This document shows positions 19,627-28,039 of a DNA stretch of 64,000 bases, piece after piece. The notes under the pieces are model-generated. The model searched no databases, had not been told where the DNA came from, and worked only from the letters and a program-made list of their open reading frames with translations. Within the stretch, counting starts at the first letter, position 1. Every line of letters begins with the position of its first letter. This DNA comes from a virus (Duplodnaviria; Caudoviricetes): the IMG/VR virus record IMGVR_UViG_3300027759_003166, one strand, 5' to 3'. A program made the translations under genes and the position numbers.

Positions 19627-20146
19627 ATGATTCCATTATTTTAATTGCCCATTCAAAGGCTATATTGGCTTCAACAGCCATATCGTCTGACAACATGGTA
19701 CGTACAGTTTTAATTAACTCGGCACGATCTTCAAACTCTAAATGTGTATGTGGTGCTTCAACAATCTTCTTGATCATTTGTCCACCATGCAAGTCACCCA
19801 TATGCCATGTATAAAGATGTGCCATAACACGAGTAGGATCACCTAATGTTCGTATATAACTAACATACTCTTTGGTCACTTCTTTATAGGTATTGAAACT
19901 GCCTACAGGTTTATCCATGGATTCGTAGTCATCCATGATTAATCCTGCACGTTCAAAGCCCGGCGGCAATGCATTTAACAATCCTGCTTTACGAGCAGCA
20001 TGTTCAATTTCTTTATACCAAAGTTGTTTTTGATATGTAAAGTCTACCCATACATCATAGGGTAGAGTTTTGGCAAATACCGCTTTCATAAAAAGGGTAT
20101 CTTCCGCTTTTTGATGTTTATCAGCGGTTAAATCTTTTAGGCTCAT
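19601..20146 (-). CDS. hemO: Heme oxygenase
   Basis: LKDLTADKHQKAE (proximal His) and AHLYTWHMGDLHGGQMI (distal helix). Confidence 0.85.
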   Translation of the reverse strand: MSLKDLTADKHQKAEDTLFMKAVFAKTLPYDVWVDFTYQKQLWYKEIEHAARKAGLLNALPPGFERAGLIMDDYESMDKPVGSFNTYKEVTKEYVSYIRTLGDPTRVMAHLYTWHMGDLHGGQMIKKIVEAPHTHLEFEDRAELIKTVRTMLSDDMAVEANIAFEWAIKIMESYDSSLEQN

Positions 20147-20155
20147 AGTAGTTCC

Positions 20156-20461
20156 TTATTCGGGTTCTACTTTAATTATCAAAGGATACCCCTGTGCTCT
20201 GGCTAAATTGGTTCCGTCAACAGCTTTTTGTTCTGCTACTTCAAAACTATAAATTCCTGCCACAGCACTACCTTTATTATGTATTGCCAGAGTTAATGCA
20301 ATAGCAGACTTTTCATTATGCTTGAATATTGACACAAGCATGGCAATTACAAATTCCACAGAAGTTTGATCATCATTACACACAATGACTTTATACTTGC
20401 TGGGTTCTTTAAGTTTGGCAGTAGTCTTAGACTTTTTGTCTACAATGATATCAGTGGTCAT
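20156..20461 (-). CDS. clpS: ATP-dependent Clp protease adaptor ClpS
   Basis: YKVIVCNDDQTSVEFVI, IHNKGSA...FEVAEQK and YPL. Confidence 0.9.
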   Translation of the reverse strand: MTTDIIVDKKSKTTAKLKEPSKYKVIVCNDDQTSVEFVIAMLVSIFKHNEKSAIALTLAIHNKGSAVAGIYSFEVAEQKAVDGTNLARAQGYPLIIKVEPE

Positions 20462-20477
20462 AATCTTATTTTATAGA

Positions 20478-20493
20478 GGGGGCCGAAGCCCCC
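20478..20493 (-). terminator. GC hairpin with UUCG loop between hsp20 and clpS (terminator or stabilising stem)
   Basis: GGGGGC-TTCG-GCCCCC on the minus strand, with only a weak U tract. Confidence 0.5.
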
Positions 20494-20498
20494 AAACT

Positions 20499-20933
20499 TT
20501 ATTCGCCCTTGAGTTTAAGGACACGTGGTTTCAAAGCATCAGGAACGATACGCTTTAATTTAATGGTAAGCACACCATTCTTGATAGTTCCATCTCCAAC
20601 TTCCATATGTTCAGCTAATGTCCAGCTACGTGTAAAGTCTCGGAATGCAAGTCCACGATGTAAAAATTCAGCAGTTACATCATTGCTTTTATCTCGAATG
20701 CCTTTGACAATGAGTTGATTTTGATCAATCTCAACTGTAACTTCGTCCTTAGCAAACCCTGTAACAGCAATTTCAATCTCGTAAGAGGTGTCGTCGTGTT
20801 TAATAATGTTGTAAGGGGGATAGTTGTCTTTAAGTTGATTTGCAAAACGATGTTCAAAATCTTCAAACATTGTATCAAATCCCAGAAGTGCTCTGTTGAG
20901 AGCGTTGGTGTCGAAACGAGTTAATTGTGTCAT
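20499..20933 (-). CDS. Small heat shock protein Hsp20 (IbpA-like)
   Basis: YPPYNI, IEIAVTGF, FLHRGLAFRDF and NGVLTI. Confidence 0.93.
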   Translation of the reverse strand: MTQLTRFDTNALNRALLGFDTMFEDFEHRFANQLKDNYPPYNIIKHDDTSYEIEIAVTGFAKDEVTVEIDQNQLIVKGIRDKSNDVTAEFLHRGLAFRDFTRSWTLAEHMEVGDGTIKNGVLTIKLKRIVPDALKPRVLKLKGE

Positions 20934-21017
20934 AATTTTTCTCCTTTAAAAGTAAGACAATTTTGGGCACTATGCCCTAAAGTGGGACCCTTAATAGGTG
21001 TCCCACAATATTATTTA
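20934..21017 (-). promoter_or_regulatory. TAAATA promoter plus a three-hairpin ROSE-like thermometer leader of hsp20
   Basis: GTGGGAC/GTCCCAC stem, GGGCA-TAG-TGCCC stem, then TCTTACTT pairing with the SD AAGGAGA. Confidence 0.55.
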
Positions 21018-22919
21018 TTATACAGTCTCTTGAACGTCGGCTGCAACCACGCCATCTTCCGCATCTTTTTTAGCCTGTTCTTCAGCTTTTTTAGCTGCTT
21101 CTTCGGCTTCGTGCTTCTTGGCTGTAATTGGACCCATTGCTTGATAAAGTTTTGGAACGCTGTCTTGAATGATTTTAGGATCATCACCTTTGATAGCATC
21201 ACGAATTGCCTGTGCTGCATCGTCGGCATTGGCCTTTTCTTCTTCAGTAACTTGATCACCAAACTTATCAATATCTGCTTGGAATTCATTTAGGGTAGAT
21301 TCTGCGCTATTACGTGCTTCAATAAGCTCACGTAGTTTCTTATCTGATTCGGCATTAGCTTCGGCGTCTTGAACCATACGTTCAATTTCGTCTTTGCTAA
21401 GTCCGCTATCGGATTTGATAGTGATCTTATTTTCTTGGCCGGTGCCTTGATCCTTGGCACTAATATTCATAATACCATTGGCGTCAATATCCAAAGTAAC
21501 TTCAATTTGCGGAGTACCTTTACGTGCTGGAGGAATTCCACTTAATTTAAATTCACCAAGCAATTTATTGTATTGAACAAAATCACGCTCTCCCTGGAAT
21601 ACTTTAATATCCACAGCAGGTTGATTGTCTTCGGCTGTACTAAACACTTGACTATGTTTGGTAGGAATGGTTGTATTCTTTTGAATCAACTTAGCCATTA
21701 CACCGCCCTGTGTTTCAATACCAAGACTTAGTGGAGTAACGTCCAGCAATAGAACGTCTGTACGTCCACCACCTAATACGTCACCCTGGATAGCAGCACC
21801 AGCGGCAACTGCTTCGTCTGGGTTAACATCCTTACGTGGTGCCTTGCCGAATAGTTTCTCAACTGTTTCGATAACCTTAGGCATACGTGTCATACCACCG
21901 ACTAAGATAACTTCGTCGATGTCGCTGGCAGTAACACCTGCATCTGCCATAGCAGTTTTGCAAGGCTCAATACTACGTTGGATCAACTCGTCAACAAGCT
22001 GTTCCAACTTCGCACGAGTGATCTTAACATTCATATGTTTAGGACCACTTGCGTCTGCTGTGATGTAAGGCAAGTTAACATCTGTTTGTGCTGAACTTGA
22101 CAATTCAATCTTAGCTTTCTCAGCAGCTTCTTTCAAACGCTGGAGTGCCAACATATCCTTCTTAAGATCAACGCCGTTGTCTTTCTTGAATTCATCGACC
22201 AAGAAATCCATAATACGTTGGTCAAAGTCTTCACCACCTAAGAATGTATCACCGTTAGTAGATAGAACTTCAATTTGTTTGTCGCCATCAACGTTGGCAA
22301 TTTCAATAATAGATACGTCAAATGTACCACCACCTAGGTCATAGACAGCAATCTTACGATCACGCTTGTCTGCTTTATCCATACCATAGGCAAGAGCAGC
22401 GGCAGTTGGTTCGTTGATAATACGTAGAACTTCAAGTCCTGCGATTTTACCAGCATCTTTAGTTGCTTGACGTTGCTGGTCATTGAAGTAAGCAGGTACG
22501 GTAATAACTGCCTGTGTAACTTCATGTCCAAGATAGTCTTCAGCTGTGAGTTTCATCTTACGAAGAACTTCGGCTGAAATTTGTGGAGGGGCAAGTTCTT
22601 GATCATTTGCACTAACCCAAGCATCACCATTGCTGGCTTCGATGATTTTGTAGGGCATTAGATCAATGTCCTTCTGCACAGCTTGTTCTTTAAACTTACG
22701 TCCAATTAGACGCTTGGCTGCATAGATTGTATTTTTTGGATTAGTAACTGCCTGGCGTTTTGCACTGGCACCTACAAGGATTTCATCGTTAGCATAGGCA
22801 ATAATACTAGGAGTAGTTCTTGCACCTTCGCTGTTTTCGATTACTTTGGGGATACCGTTTTCAATAACGGCTACACATGAATTGGTTGTACCGAGATCGA
22901 TACCGATTACTTTACTCAT
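21018..22919 (-). CDS. dnaK: Chaperone DnaK (Hsp70)
   Basis: [25 protein letters not shown] and GGMTRMP. Confidence 0.97.
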   Translation of the reverse strand: MSKVIGIDLGTTNSCVAVIENGIPKVIENSEGARTTPSIIAYANDEILVGASAKRQAVTNPKNTIYAAKRLIGRKFKEQAVQKDIDLMPYKIIEASNGDAWVSANDQELAPPQISAEVLRKMKLTAEDYLGHEVTQAVITVPAYFNDQQRQATKDAGKIAGLEVLRIINEPTAAALAYGMDKADKRDRKIAVYDLGGGTFDVSIIEIANVDGDKQIEVLSTNGDTFLGGEDFDQRIMDFLVDEFKKDNGVDLKKDMLALQRLKEAAEKAKIELSSSAQTDVNLPYITADASGPKHMNVKITRAKLEQLVDELIQRSIEPCKTAMADAGVTASDIDEVILVGGMTRMPKVIETVEKLFGKAPRKDVNPDEAVAAGAAIQGDVLGGGRTDVLLLDVTPLSLGIETQGGVMAKLIQKNTTIPTKHSQVFSTAEDNQPAVDIKVFQGERDFVQYNKLLGEFKLSGIPPARKGTPQIEVTLDIDANGIMNISAKDQGTGQENKITIKSDSGLSKDEIERMVQDAEANAESDKKLRELIEARNSAESTLNEFQADIDKFGDQVTEEEKANADDAAQAIRDAIKGDDPKIIQDSVPKLYQAMGPITAKKHEAEEAAKKAEEQAKKDAEDGVVAADVQETV

Positions 22920-23002
22920 TATTTCTCCTTTGATTAAGTAAGATTTTTTTGGGCACTATGCCCGATAAGATATCCAATATAGGTATATCGTGCATTTATT
23001 TA
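22920..23002 (-). promoter_or_regulatory. TAAATA promoter plus a ROSE-like thermometer leader of dnaK
   Basis: Same GGGCATAGTGCCC hairpin and TCTTACTT/AAGGAGA anti-SD stem as upstream of hsp20. Confidence 0.55.
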
Positions 23003-23013
23003 TTATAGATAGA

Positions 23014-23292
23014 TCATGTATCTGTGTCAACATGATCGGCAGCTTTTGCTACATTTTTCATTATTTCTATATATTTTTTACTACTCTGCTCCGAATCAAA
23101 ATTGGATATCCTTTGTTCACCTAATGTTTTTAACATTGGATGAATTAACTTTTCTGTGATCCTACGACTCATATTTTCTAAAACCGTGTCTATGTCTTCG
23201 CCCTGGGCAATTTTTTGCATAGCACGACCTGTTTCAAACATTTGAACACGACCGGCCCATGACTCCATAGACTCACCGGGTTTAATTTTCAT
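23014..23292 (-). CDS. Stand-alone glutamyl-tRNA reductase dimerisation-domain-like protein
   Basis: ETGRAMQKIAQGEDIDTVLENMSRRITEKLIHP resembles the HemA C-terminal E..RA...L..G.D...VL..L...LTNKLLH.P. Confidence 0.6.
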   Translation of the reverse strand: MKIKPGESMESWAGRVQMFETGRAMQKIAQGEDIDTVLENMSRRITEKLIHPMLKTLGEQRISNFDSEQSSKKYIEIMKNVAKAADHVDTDT

Positions 23293-24098
23293 TACAAATC
23301 AAATACCAATGTACTAGTAATCTTAGGGGTAGGCATAGGTTCCACATCCATACTTAGTAGATCACCTACCACACGGCTGCGATTCTTGACATTGGTTTGC
23401 CCGAGAACAACTACTCCAAATAATTCTTTATTCTTTTCCACTAGCATAAGCACACAGCGTCCTGCCGGATTGGTAAATCCAGTTTTGCTGATTAGAATAT
23501 TATCGTAGACGAATATATCCGGATTGGTATTTCGTATATTAATATGAATTACTTTTTTACCTCGAGGAATATTCAATACAGCATTACGTTCGTTGGCTAT
23601 TTTTCTAATCACTGGTTCGTCTTTGATTTTATACAAGAACTCAATAAGTTCACGGGCTGTACTCTTATTACCTTCTTTAAGACCTGTGCTATCTACAATT
23701 GTAGTATTTTCTAATGTAATATCTTTGACATAGTTATTGACATCTGACAAGAATTTATCAAAGCCGCCCGGATGATGATAGGCTAATGTTTCTGCTGCTC
23801 TGTTATCACTGCTGATTATCATTGATCGCATTAGATCCATACGAGTCATGTATACACCTCTGGGTACATGACCTTTGCTCCGACCGTCAACAAATATCTT
23901 CTCGTTAAGATCCGCACCACTACGTATCACAGTTATAGCTGTGAATAATTTTGTAATGCTGGCAATGCTGCGTACTTCCATATGGTTGTATCTCACAGCA
24001 TACATGGCTGCGTTATAATCATAAAGGGCATAGGATCCAGTTTCTCCGTATGCCGACAAGGACATTAACATTGAAAGTATAATAAAGAGTTTTTTCAT
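23292..24098 (-). CDS. Peptidase S11 D-Ala-D-Ala endo/carboxypeptidase (PBP7-like)
   Basis: Signal peptide, SITK (SxxK), SDN (SxN) and KTG. Confidence 0.9.
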   Translation of the reverse strand: MKKLFIILSMLMSLSAYGETGSYALYDYNAAMYAVRYNHMEVRSIASITKLFTAITVIRSGADLNEKIFVDGRSKGHVPRGVYMTRMDLMRSMIISSDNRAAETLAYHHPGGFDKFLSDVNNYVKDITLENTTIVDSTGLKEGNKSTARELIEFLYKIKDEPVIRKIANERNAVLNIPRGKKVIHINIRNTNPDIFVYDNILISKTGFTNPAGRCVLMLVEKNKELFGVVVLGQTNVKNRSRVVGDLLSMDVEPMPTPKITSTLVFDL

Positions 24099-24310
24099 AT
24101 TGAGTATTTAAGTGCAAAAAAAGTAGCGAATTTTTCAGTATTGAATGCAAAGATAGCATGTCGAGGCCTAGGTGAGTCTGTTATAGTAAATTCAGTAGAG
24201 CTCACATAAGTAAACTCAAAGTCTATACCTTGTATCATACCTTGCTGTCTAAGTTCTCTAACTATTTCCATAGTTCTTTGGGCATCTATGTATAAGGTAA
24301 CGGTCTTCAA
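24095..24310 (-). CDS. Small phage protein, F-x-L-[RK]-[WY]-S family
   Basis: C-terminus ATFFALKYSI; translationally coupled array member. Confidence 0.6.
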   Translation of the reverse strand: MKTVTLYIDAQRTMEIVRELRQQGMIQGIDFEFTYVSSTEFTITDSPRPRHAIFAFNTEKFATFFALKYSI

Positions 24311-24603
24311 GAGTACCTCAATATAAACATAGTCGCATCTTTTTCATCTTTGAAATAGAATTTTTTATCCTTCTCAAACCAACGTGCGCCACTCTTGCCG
24401 AAGTGTTCTCTACACCAAGCCAGAGCAGGAGTGACTATATCATCGTATTTGTTCTTATCAGTAACAGGCAGTGATACCCAATGATATTCGCCAAGCCAAC
24501 TTTTGGCCGTGCCTTTCTTCATTGGTGTAAGTTCAGGCTCCAATGTGACACCATTAAATGGGCTTGTATTAAAAACAGGAATTGTTGTTGCCATTATGAC
24601 CAC
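24307..24603 (-). CDS. Small phage protein, F-x-L-[RK]-[WY]-S family
   Basis: C-terminus KDATMFILRYS. Confidence 0.65.
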   Translation of the reverse strand: MVIMATTIPVFNTSPFNGVTLEPELTPMKKGTAKSWLGEYHWVSLPVTDKNKYDDIVTPALAWCREHFGKSGARWFEKDKKFYFKDEKDATMFILRYS

Positions 24604-24821
24604 CTTAATATAAACATAGTGTAATCTTTATCTTCGTTCCAAATACACCATTCAAAATCATCATCAACTAAAATATTAAATTTACCTAACAATTCTCTTG
24701 ATACCGCCCTAGTTCTTTTTTCTTGCGGCAATTCCATCATATCAGACACTAATGGGTCCAATTGCCTTAGTAGCCTTGAAAAATTATTTAGTTCATGATA
24801 TGGAGTTTTAATCATGACCAC
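24594..24821 (-). CDS. Small phage protein, F-x-L-[RK]-[WY]-S family
   Basis: C-terminus KDYTMFILRWS. Confidence 0.65.
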   Translation of the reverse strand: MVMIKTPYHELNNFSRLLRQLDPLVSDMMELPQEKRTRAVSRELLGKFNILVDDDFEWCIWNEDKDYTMFILRWS

Positions 24822-25129
24822 CTCAATATAAACATAGTACGATCACGTTCTTCACAGAACCAATACTTACGATCACTGCCAACCCAACGAGCATTTTCTT
24901 TGAGCCAATCAGATTCTCCCATAGTATCCGCCATCCACTCACCCATCTCATACCACTCTCCGGAATCGTAGTTGTATGGTCGAACCCAATAGGGCCATTT
25001 AGGTTGATTATCAGCATAGCCAGTTTCAAGGCGTTTCATGTTGATTTCGTTTATCCATTCGTCGGCCATGTCGGATATCCATCTATCTTTGGCCATAGCA
25101 CGTTTCTTAAGCATTAAATATTTTCCCAA
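24812..25129 (-). CDS. Small phage protein, F-x-L-[RK]-[WY]-S family
   Basis: C-terminus RDRTMFILRWS. Confidence 0.65.
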   Translation of the reverse strand: MGKYLMLKKRAMAKDRWISDMADEWINEINMKRLETGYADNQPKWPYWVRPYNYDSGEWYEMGEWMADTMGESDWLKENARWVGSDRKYWFCEERDRTMFILRWS

Positions 25130-25361
25130 CGTGTTCTACAGTGAGATCATCGTTGGGCACAATAGGAGCGTTCCACATCAAGGCCATTAGCAATGCGTCT
25201 TTATTGCTTTTGAAAACAAAATCCATATAGTTGACATTGGCATGACTTTGGAATCTATCACCAGGCAAGCCAAAATGTTCAATAGCCCATGCACATACGT
25301 CGTTCCATTGTTCCGAGTTTCCAAAATCTCGACTCCATGATATGCGTACTGTACTTGACAT
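25107..25361 (-). CDS. Small phage protein, divergent member of the same family
   Basis: WAIEHFG...FKSNKDALLMALMW. Confidence 0.6.
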   Translation of the reverse strand: MSSTVRISWSRDFGNSEQWNDVCAWAIEHFGLPGDRFQSHANVNYMDFVFKSNKDALLMALMWNAPIVPNDDLTVEHVGKIFNA

Positions 25362-25537
25362 TATTCAACTCCGAAATGTTGTTTAATCAAATCCGAAGCA
25401 AGGAATGGTTCTGCGGTATCGGCAATCTCGGCACATTTGAGAACAATCAACTCAGCAAACTTTTGGTAATTGAAGTTAAGTCCAAATTCATTGTGTTCCC
25501 AACATTGGGGTTCAATTTCTTTGATTCGATTGTTCAT
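25361..25537 (-). CDS. Small hypothetical protein (58 aa, not in the ORF track)
   Basis: GGAGA SD, then MNNRIKEIEPQCWE...KFAELIVLKCAEIAD...KQHFGVE. Its stop overlaps the next ATG. Confidence 0.65.
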   Translation of the reverse strand: MNNRIKEIEPQCWEHNEFGLNFNYQKFAELIVLKCAEIADTAEPFLASDLIKQHFGVE

Positions 25538-25631
25538 TCTATATATCTCCTAGAATCTTCATTAGAGCGATAACACATATATAATACTCCTACAATATAT
25601 CCAATTAAAAATCCAAAGAATAAATCCCAGG

Positions 25632-25979
25632 TCATTTTGTTTTCCTACGTTTAAGCATTTTTTGATATTGCTCTTCAGTTAATGAATGGCTAGTATCACA
25701 ATCACCATTTGGATCTAAGGTACGACCGCAATGACAAGACCCATTCATATCTATTAATCGTGTCATACCTTTCATTGGTACTGATACAATATATCTAATT
25801 TGTTCTTCTACTCTAAGAGGTAGATCAGAATGTACAAGTACATTATCTTCAACTTGTCTTATAACCATTCCAACTATGGGCACTTTGTTTAATCGAGCAA
25901 ATACTCTATCTCCATAGTTGTATTTGGGTTTAGGCAAGTGTGCATCTCTTTGTAGAAATTGATCAGTTTGTGTTACCAT
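25632..25979 (-). CDS. Hypothetical protein with a C-terminal CDGSH-like Cys3His motif
   Basis: CHCGRTLDPNGDCDTSH. Confidence 0.5.
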   Translation of the reverse strand: MVTQTDQFLQRDAHLPKPKYNYGDRVFARLNKVPIVGMVIRQVEDNVLVHSDLPLRVEEQIRYIVSVPMKGMTRLIDMNGSCHCGRTLDPNGDCDTSHSLTEEQYQKMLKRRKTK

Positions 25980-25986
25980 ATCATTC

Positions 25987-26382
25987 TTAATACAAAACAG
26001 GTTCTACTGTATGCTCACCTTTTAGGGCCATCCATACTTCTTCTTTTTCAGTGAATACAAGCCCGCGGTTTTCTAAAATAGGTCGACGCATAGCCGATGT
26101 TATATCACACCATGCATCTACGTTAGCATAACTGCCATATGCTACCGTTGGACAGCATTCGTTGATCCAACCAGCCAAATTCTTAAATGCCTCAATACTA
26201 TTAGAAGGATGGCTACTACGCATAGCACCTAAAAAGTCATTGGCTAATACAGCAGTAAAAAAACTGCCAGATGGATATCCATAGACCAAATAGTTAGCAA
26301 TGGTATCGGCAAATTCTCTAGGAACATCCCACCGTTCGAATGTTTCGTACAAACGATTTCGACTATAAACAGTTATATTCAT
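25987..26382 (-). CDS. Hypothetical phage protein
   Basis: Start moved to MNITVYSRNRL, just after the upstream stop. Confidence 0.6.
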   Translation of the reverse strand: MNITVYSRNRLYETFERWDVPREFADTIANYLVYGYPSGSFFTAVLANDFLGAMRSSHPSNSIEAFKNLAGWINECCPTVAYGSYANVDAWCDITSAMRRPILENRGLVFTEKEEVWMALKGEHTVEPVLY

Positions 26383-26383
26383 A

Positions 26384-27199
26384 CTACACCTCAAAGTAAA
26401 AGTCAGGTTTAAAACCACTGGTATCTTCGTGTCCAATGTAGCCACGTGGATTACTAACCACTCGTGTATTACCAATCATATAGTCAACTGGATCGTGCAT
26501 ATGGCCATGAACAAAGTATTTGATGTTAGGAAAATCTAAAATCATTTCACTTAGGTCGCTGGTGTATCCCCCATTCATAGTTTGATCGTTCTTATATTTG
26601 TCATTGATACTTGCATAACTAGGACCGTGATGAGTAATGACAACAAAGGGTTTGTCACGATTCATTTCCAATACGGTTTTAAAGTATTGTTTAGTCTTAA
26701 AATGTACCCCAGCAGTATGCTCAGGTGTTAGTTTATGATACACATCTTTAGCAGGATAATGATTAGTTATAAGTTTGTAATCATTCATGAACTGCTTGAG
26801 AGTAAATGCTGTAATGCTATCACCTTTGTTAAGGTCGGTCCATAGCGTAGCACCCATAAACATAACACCCTTGTAATTAACAACTTCGTTTTCTAACAAG
26901 GTAACATTCTTAGGTAGGATGCTTTTTAGCTCATCATAGGTTTTATCAAACCGATTGTGATAATGCTCATGATTACCAAGCACCATAAACACTTGGTCAT
27001 ACTTGGCACACTCCCATTTGAAGAACTCGGAACACCGGAATTCTTCAATAGGAGTATCTTGTACTAGTTTAGTGCTGTGGTGATGCTTGCGGATGCTACG
27101 TGCCTCGGCAATATCTCCGGCCAAGATGAGTACCTCACCACCGGGAAGTTCTTGGTAGCCGAATTCTAAATGTAGATCTGATACTAAACTGACTCTCAT
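26384..27199 (-). CDS. Calcineurin-like metallophosphoesterase
   Basis: SDLHLE, AGDI, GNHEHY, THH and HGHMH. Confidence 0.88.
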   Translation of the reverse strand: MRVSLVSDLHLEFGYQELPGGEVLILAGDIAEARSIRKHHHSTKLVQDTPIEEFRCSEFFKWECAKYDQVFMVLGNHEHYHNRFDKTYDELKSILPKNVTLLENEVVNYKGVMFMGATLWTDLNKGDSITAFTLKQFMNDYKLITNHYPAKDVYHKLTPEHTAGVHFKTKQYFKTVLEMNRDKPFVVITHHGPSYASINDKYKNDQTMNGGYTSDLSEMILDFPNIKYFVHGHMHDPVDYMIGNTRVVSNPRGYIGHEDTSGFKPDFYFEV

Positions 27200-27546
27200 G
27201 TTATCTTGACCTGATTTTTTACTCGATCACTATATAATTTATGCCCACGTTCTCTAATCAGATCAGCAGTCTCTTGTGGGTGTTCCTCCCACTGTTCTCT
27301 CCAAAACGCTTCATCCATTCCTTCAGTACAATCAATGGCATAGATTTCATAATGACGTTGCGGATTAAATCTAGCCCGCAATAACAAATTTTTAACAATG
27401 CTATTAAGAGGGTTTGGAATACGCGGTTGATCCCTTAACAATCGCATGGTATTTTCTTGATCGTGAAACTCATATTGACTAATGGGTACAATAGAGTCAA
27501 TGCCCAAATGATCCCAAGTAAAGATGAATGCGTTCTTTGTTGCCAT
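27196..27546 (-). CDS. Hypothetical protein, probably leaderless
   Basis: ATG lies 6 nt downstream of a perfect TATAAT. Confidence 0.6.
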   Translation of the reverse strand: MATKNAFIFTWDHLGIDSIVPISQYEFHDQENTMRLLRDQPRIPNPLNSIVKNLLLRARFNPQRHYEIYAIDCTEGMDEAFWREQWEEHPQETADLIRERGHKLYSDRVKNQVKIT

Positions 27547-27552
27547 ACTGAT

Positions 27553-27581
27553 ATTATACACTAAACTGGTAAATTTGTCAA
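27553..27581 (-). promoter_or_regulatory. Consensus sigma70 promoter
   Basis: TTGACA-N17-TATAAT. Confidence 0.85.
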
Positions 27582-27619
27582 GTGGTTTTCAAACCGTTAA
27601 ATAGTTAAAAGGATTGATA

Positions 27620-28039
27620 ATGGAAAAGATTAAGAAAGCACTTTGGTTTACAGCGGGTATTTTATTTTTAGGGTTAGCCTATATTGGTATGGTTGTGCCC
27701 GGAATTCCATGGTCTACCCCATCCTTACTTGCTACCTACTGCTTTGCTCGCAGCAGTAAAAAGTTTCATGATTATATGTTAAATCATAAGTTATTTGGTC
27801 CATTCATCAAAGATTGGCAAGCAGGCAGTGTATTTCCATCTAGAGCCAAATGGTTCATGTTTATAAGCATGGATGTTAGTTTGGTTATTTTTTGGTTCGC
27901 TACACAGAATTGGAAAGCCACAATAGGCATGGGTATATTCTTTGCACTAGTTATACTATGGGCAAGTAGATTGCCAGGTAGTAGGGAAGAAAGTGATAGA
28001 AGAAAAGCCGCAGGTGAGAAGTTAGGATGGTTTGGTTAA
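27620..28039 (+). CDS. YbaN / DUF454 inner membrane protein
   Basis: LGLAYIGMVVPGIPWSTP...CFARSS...LLNHKLFGPFIKDW family pattern. TAAATA at 27598-27603 and an AAGGA SD upstream. Confidence 0.8.
   Translation: MEKIKKALWFTAGILFLGLAYIGMVVPGIPWSTPSLLATYCFARSSKKFHDYMLNHKLFGPFIKDWQAGSVFPSRAKWFMFISMDVSLVIFWFATQNWKATIGMGIFFALVILWASRLPGSREESDRRKAAGEKLGWFG

Noticed and set aside
20925-22531. Alternative ORFs overlapping dnaK (20925-21293, 21011-21289, 21844-22068, 22334-22531)
   Set aside because: They are shadow or off-frame ORFs of a strongly codon-biased gene, with no SD or recognisable motifs. The same applies to most 60-120 aa antisense ORFs in the track.
20965-22963. CIRCE/HrcA operator upstream of the heat-shock genes
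   Set aside because: GGGCA-N3-TGCCC does not match TTAGCACTC-N9-GAGTGCTAA and lies downstream of the putative promoter, so it fits an RNA hairpin better.
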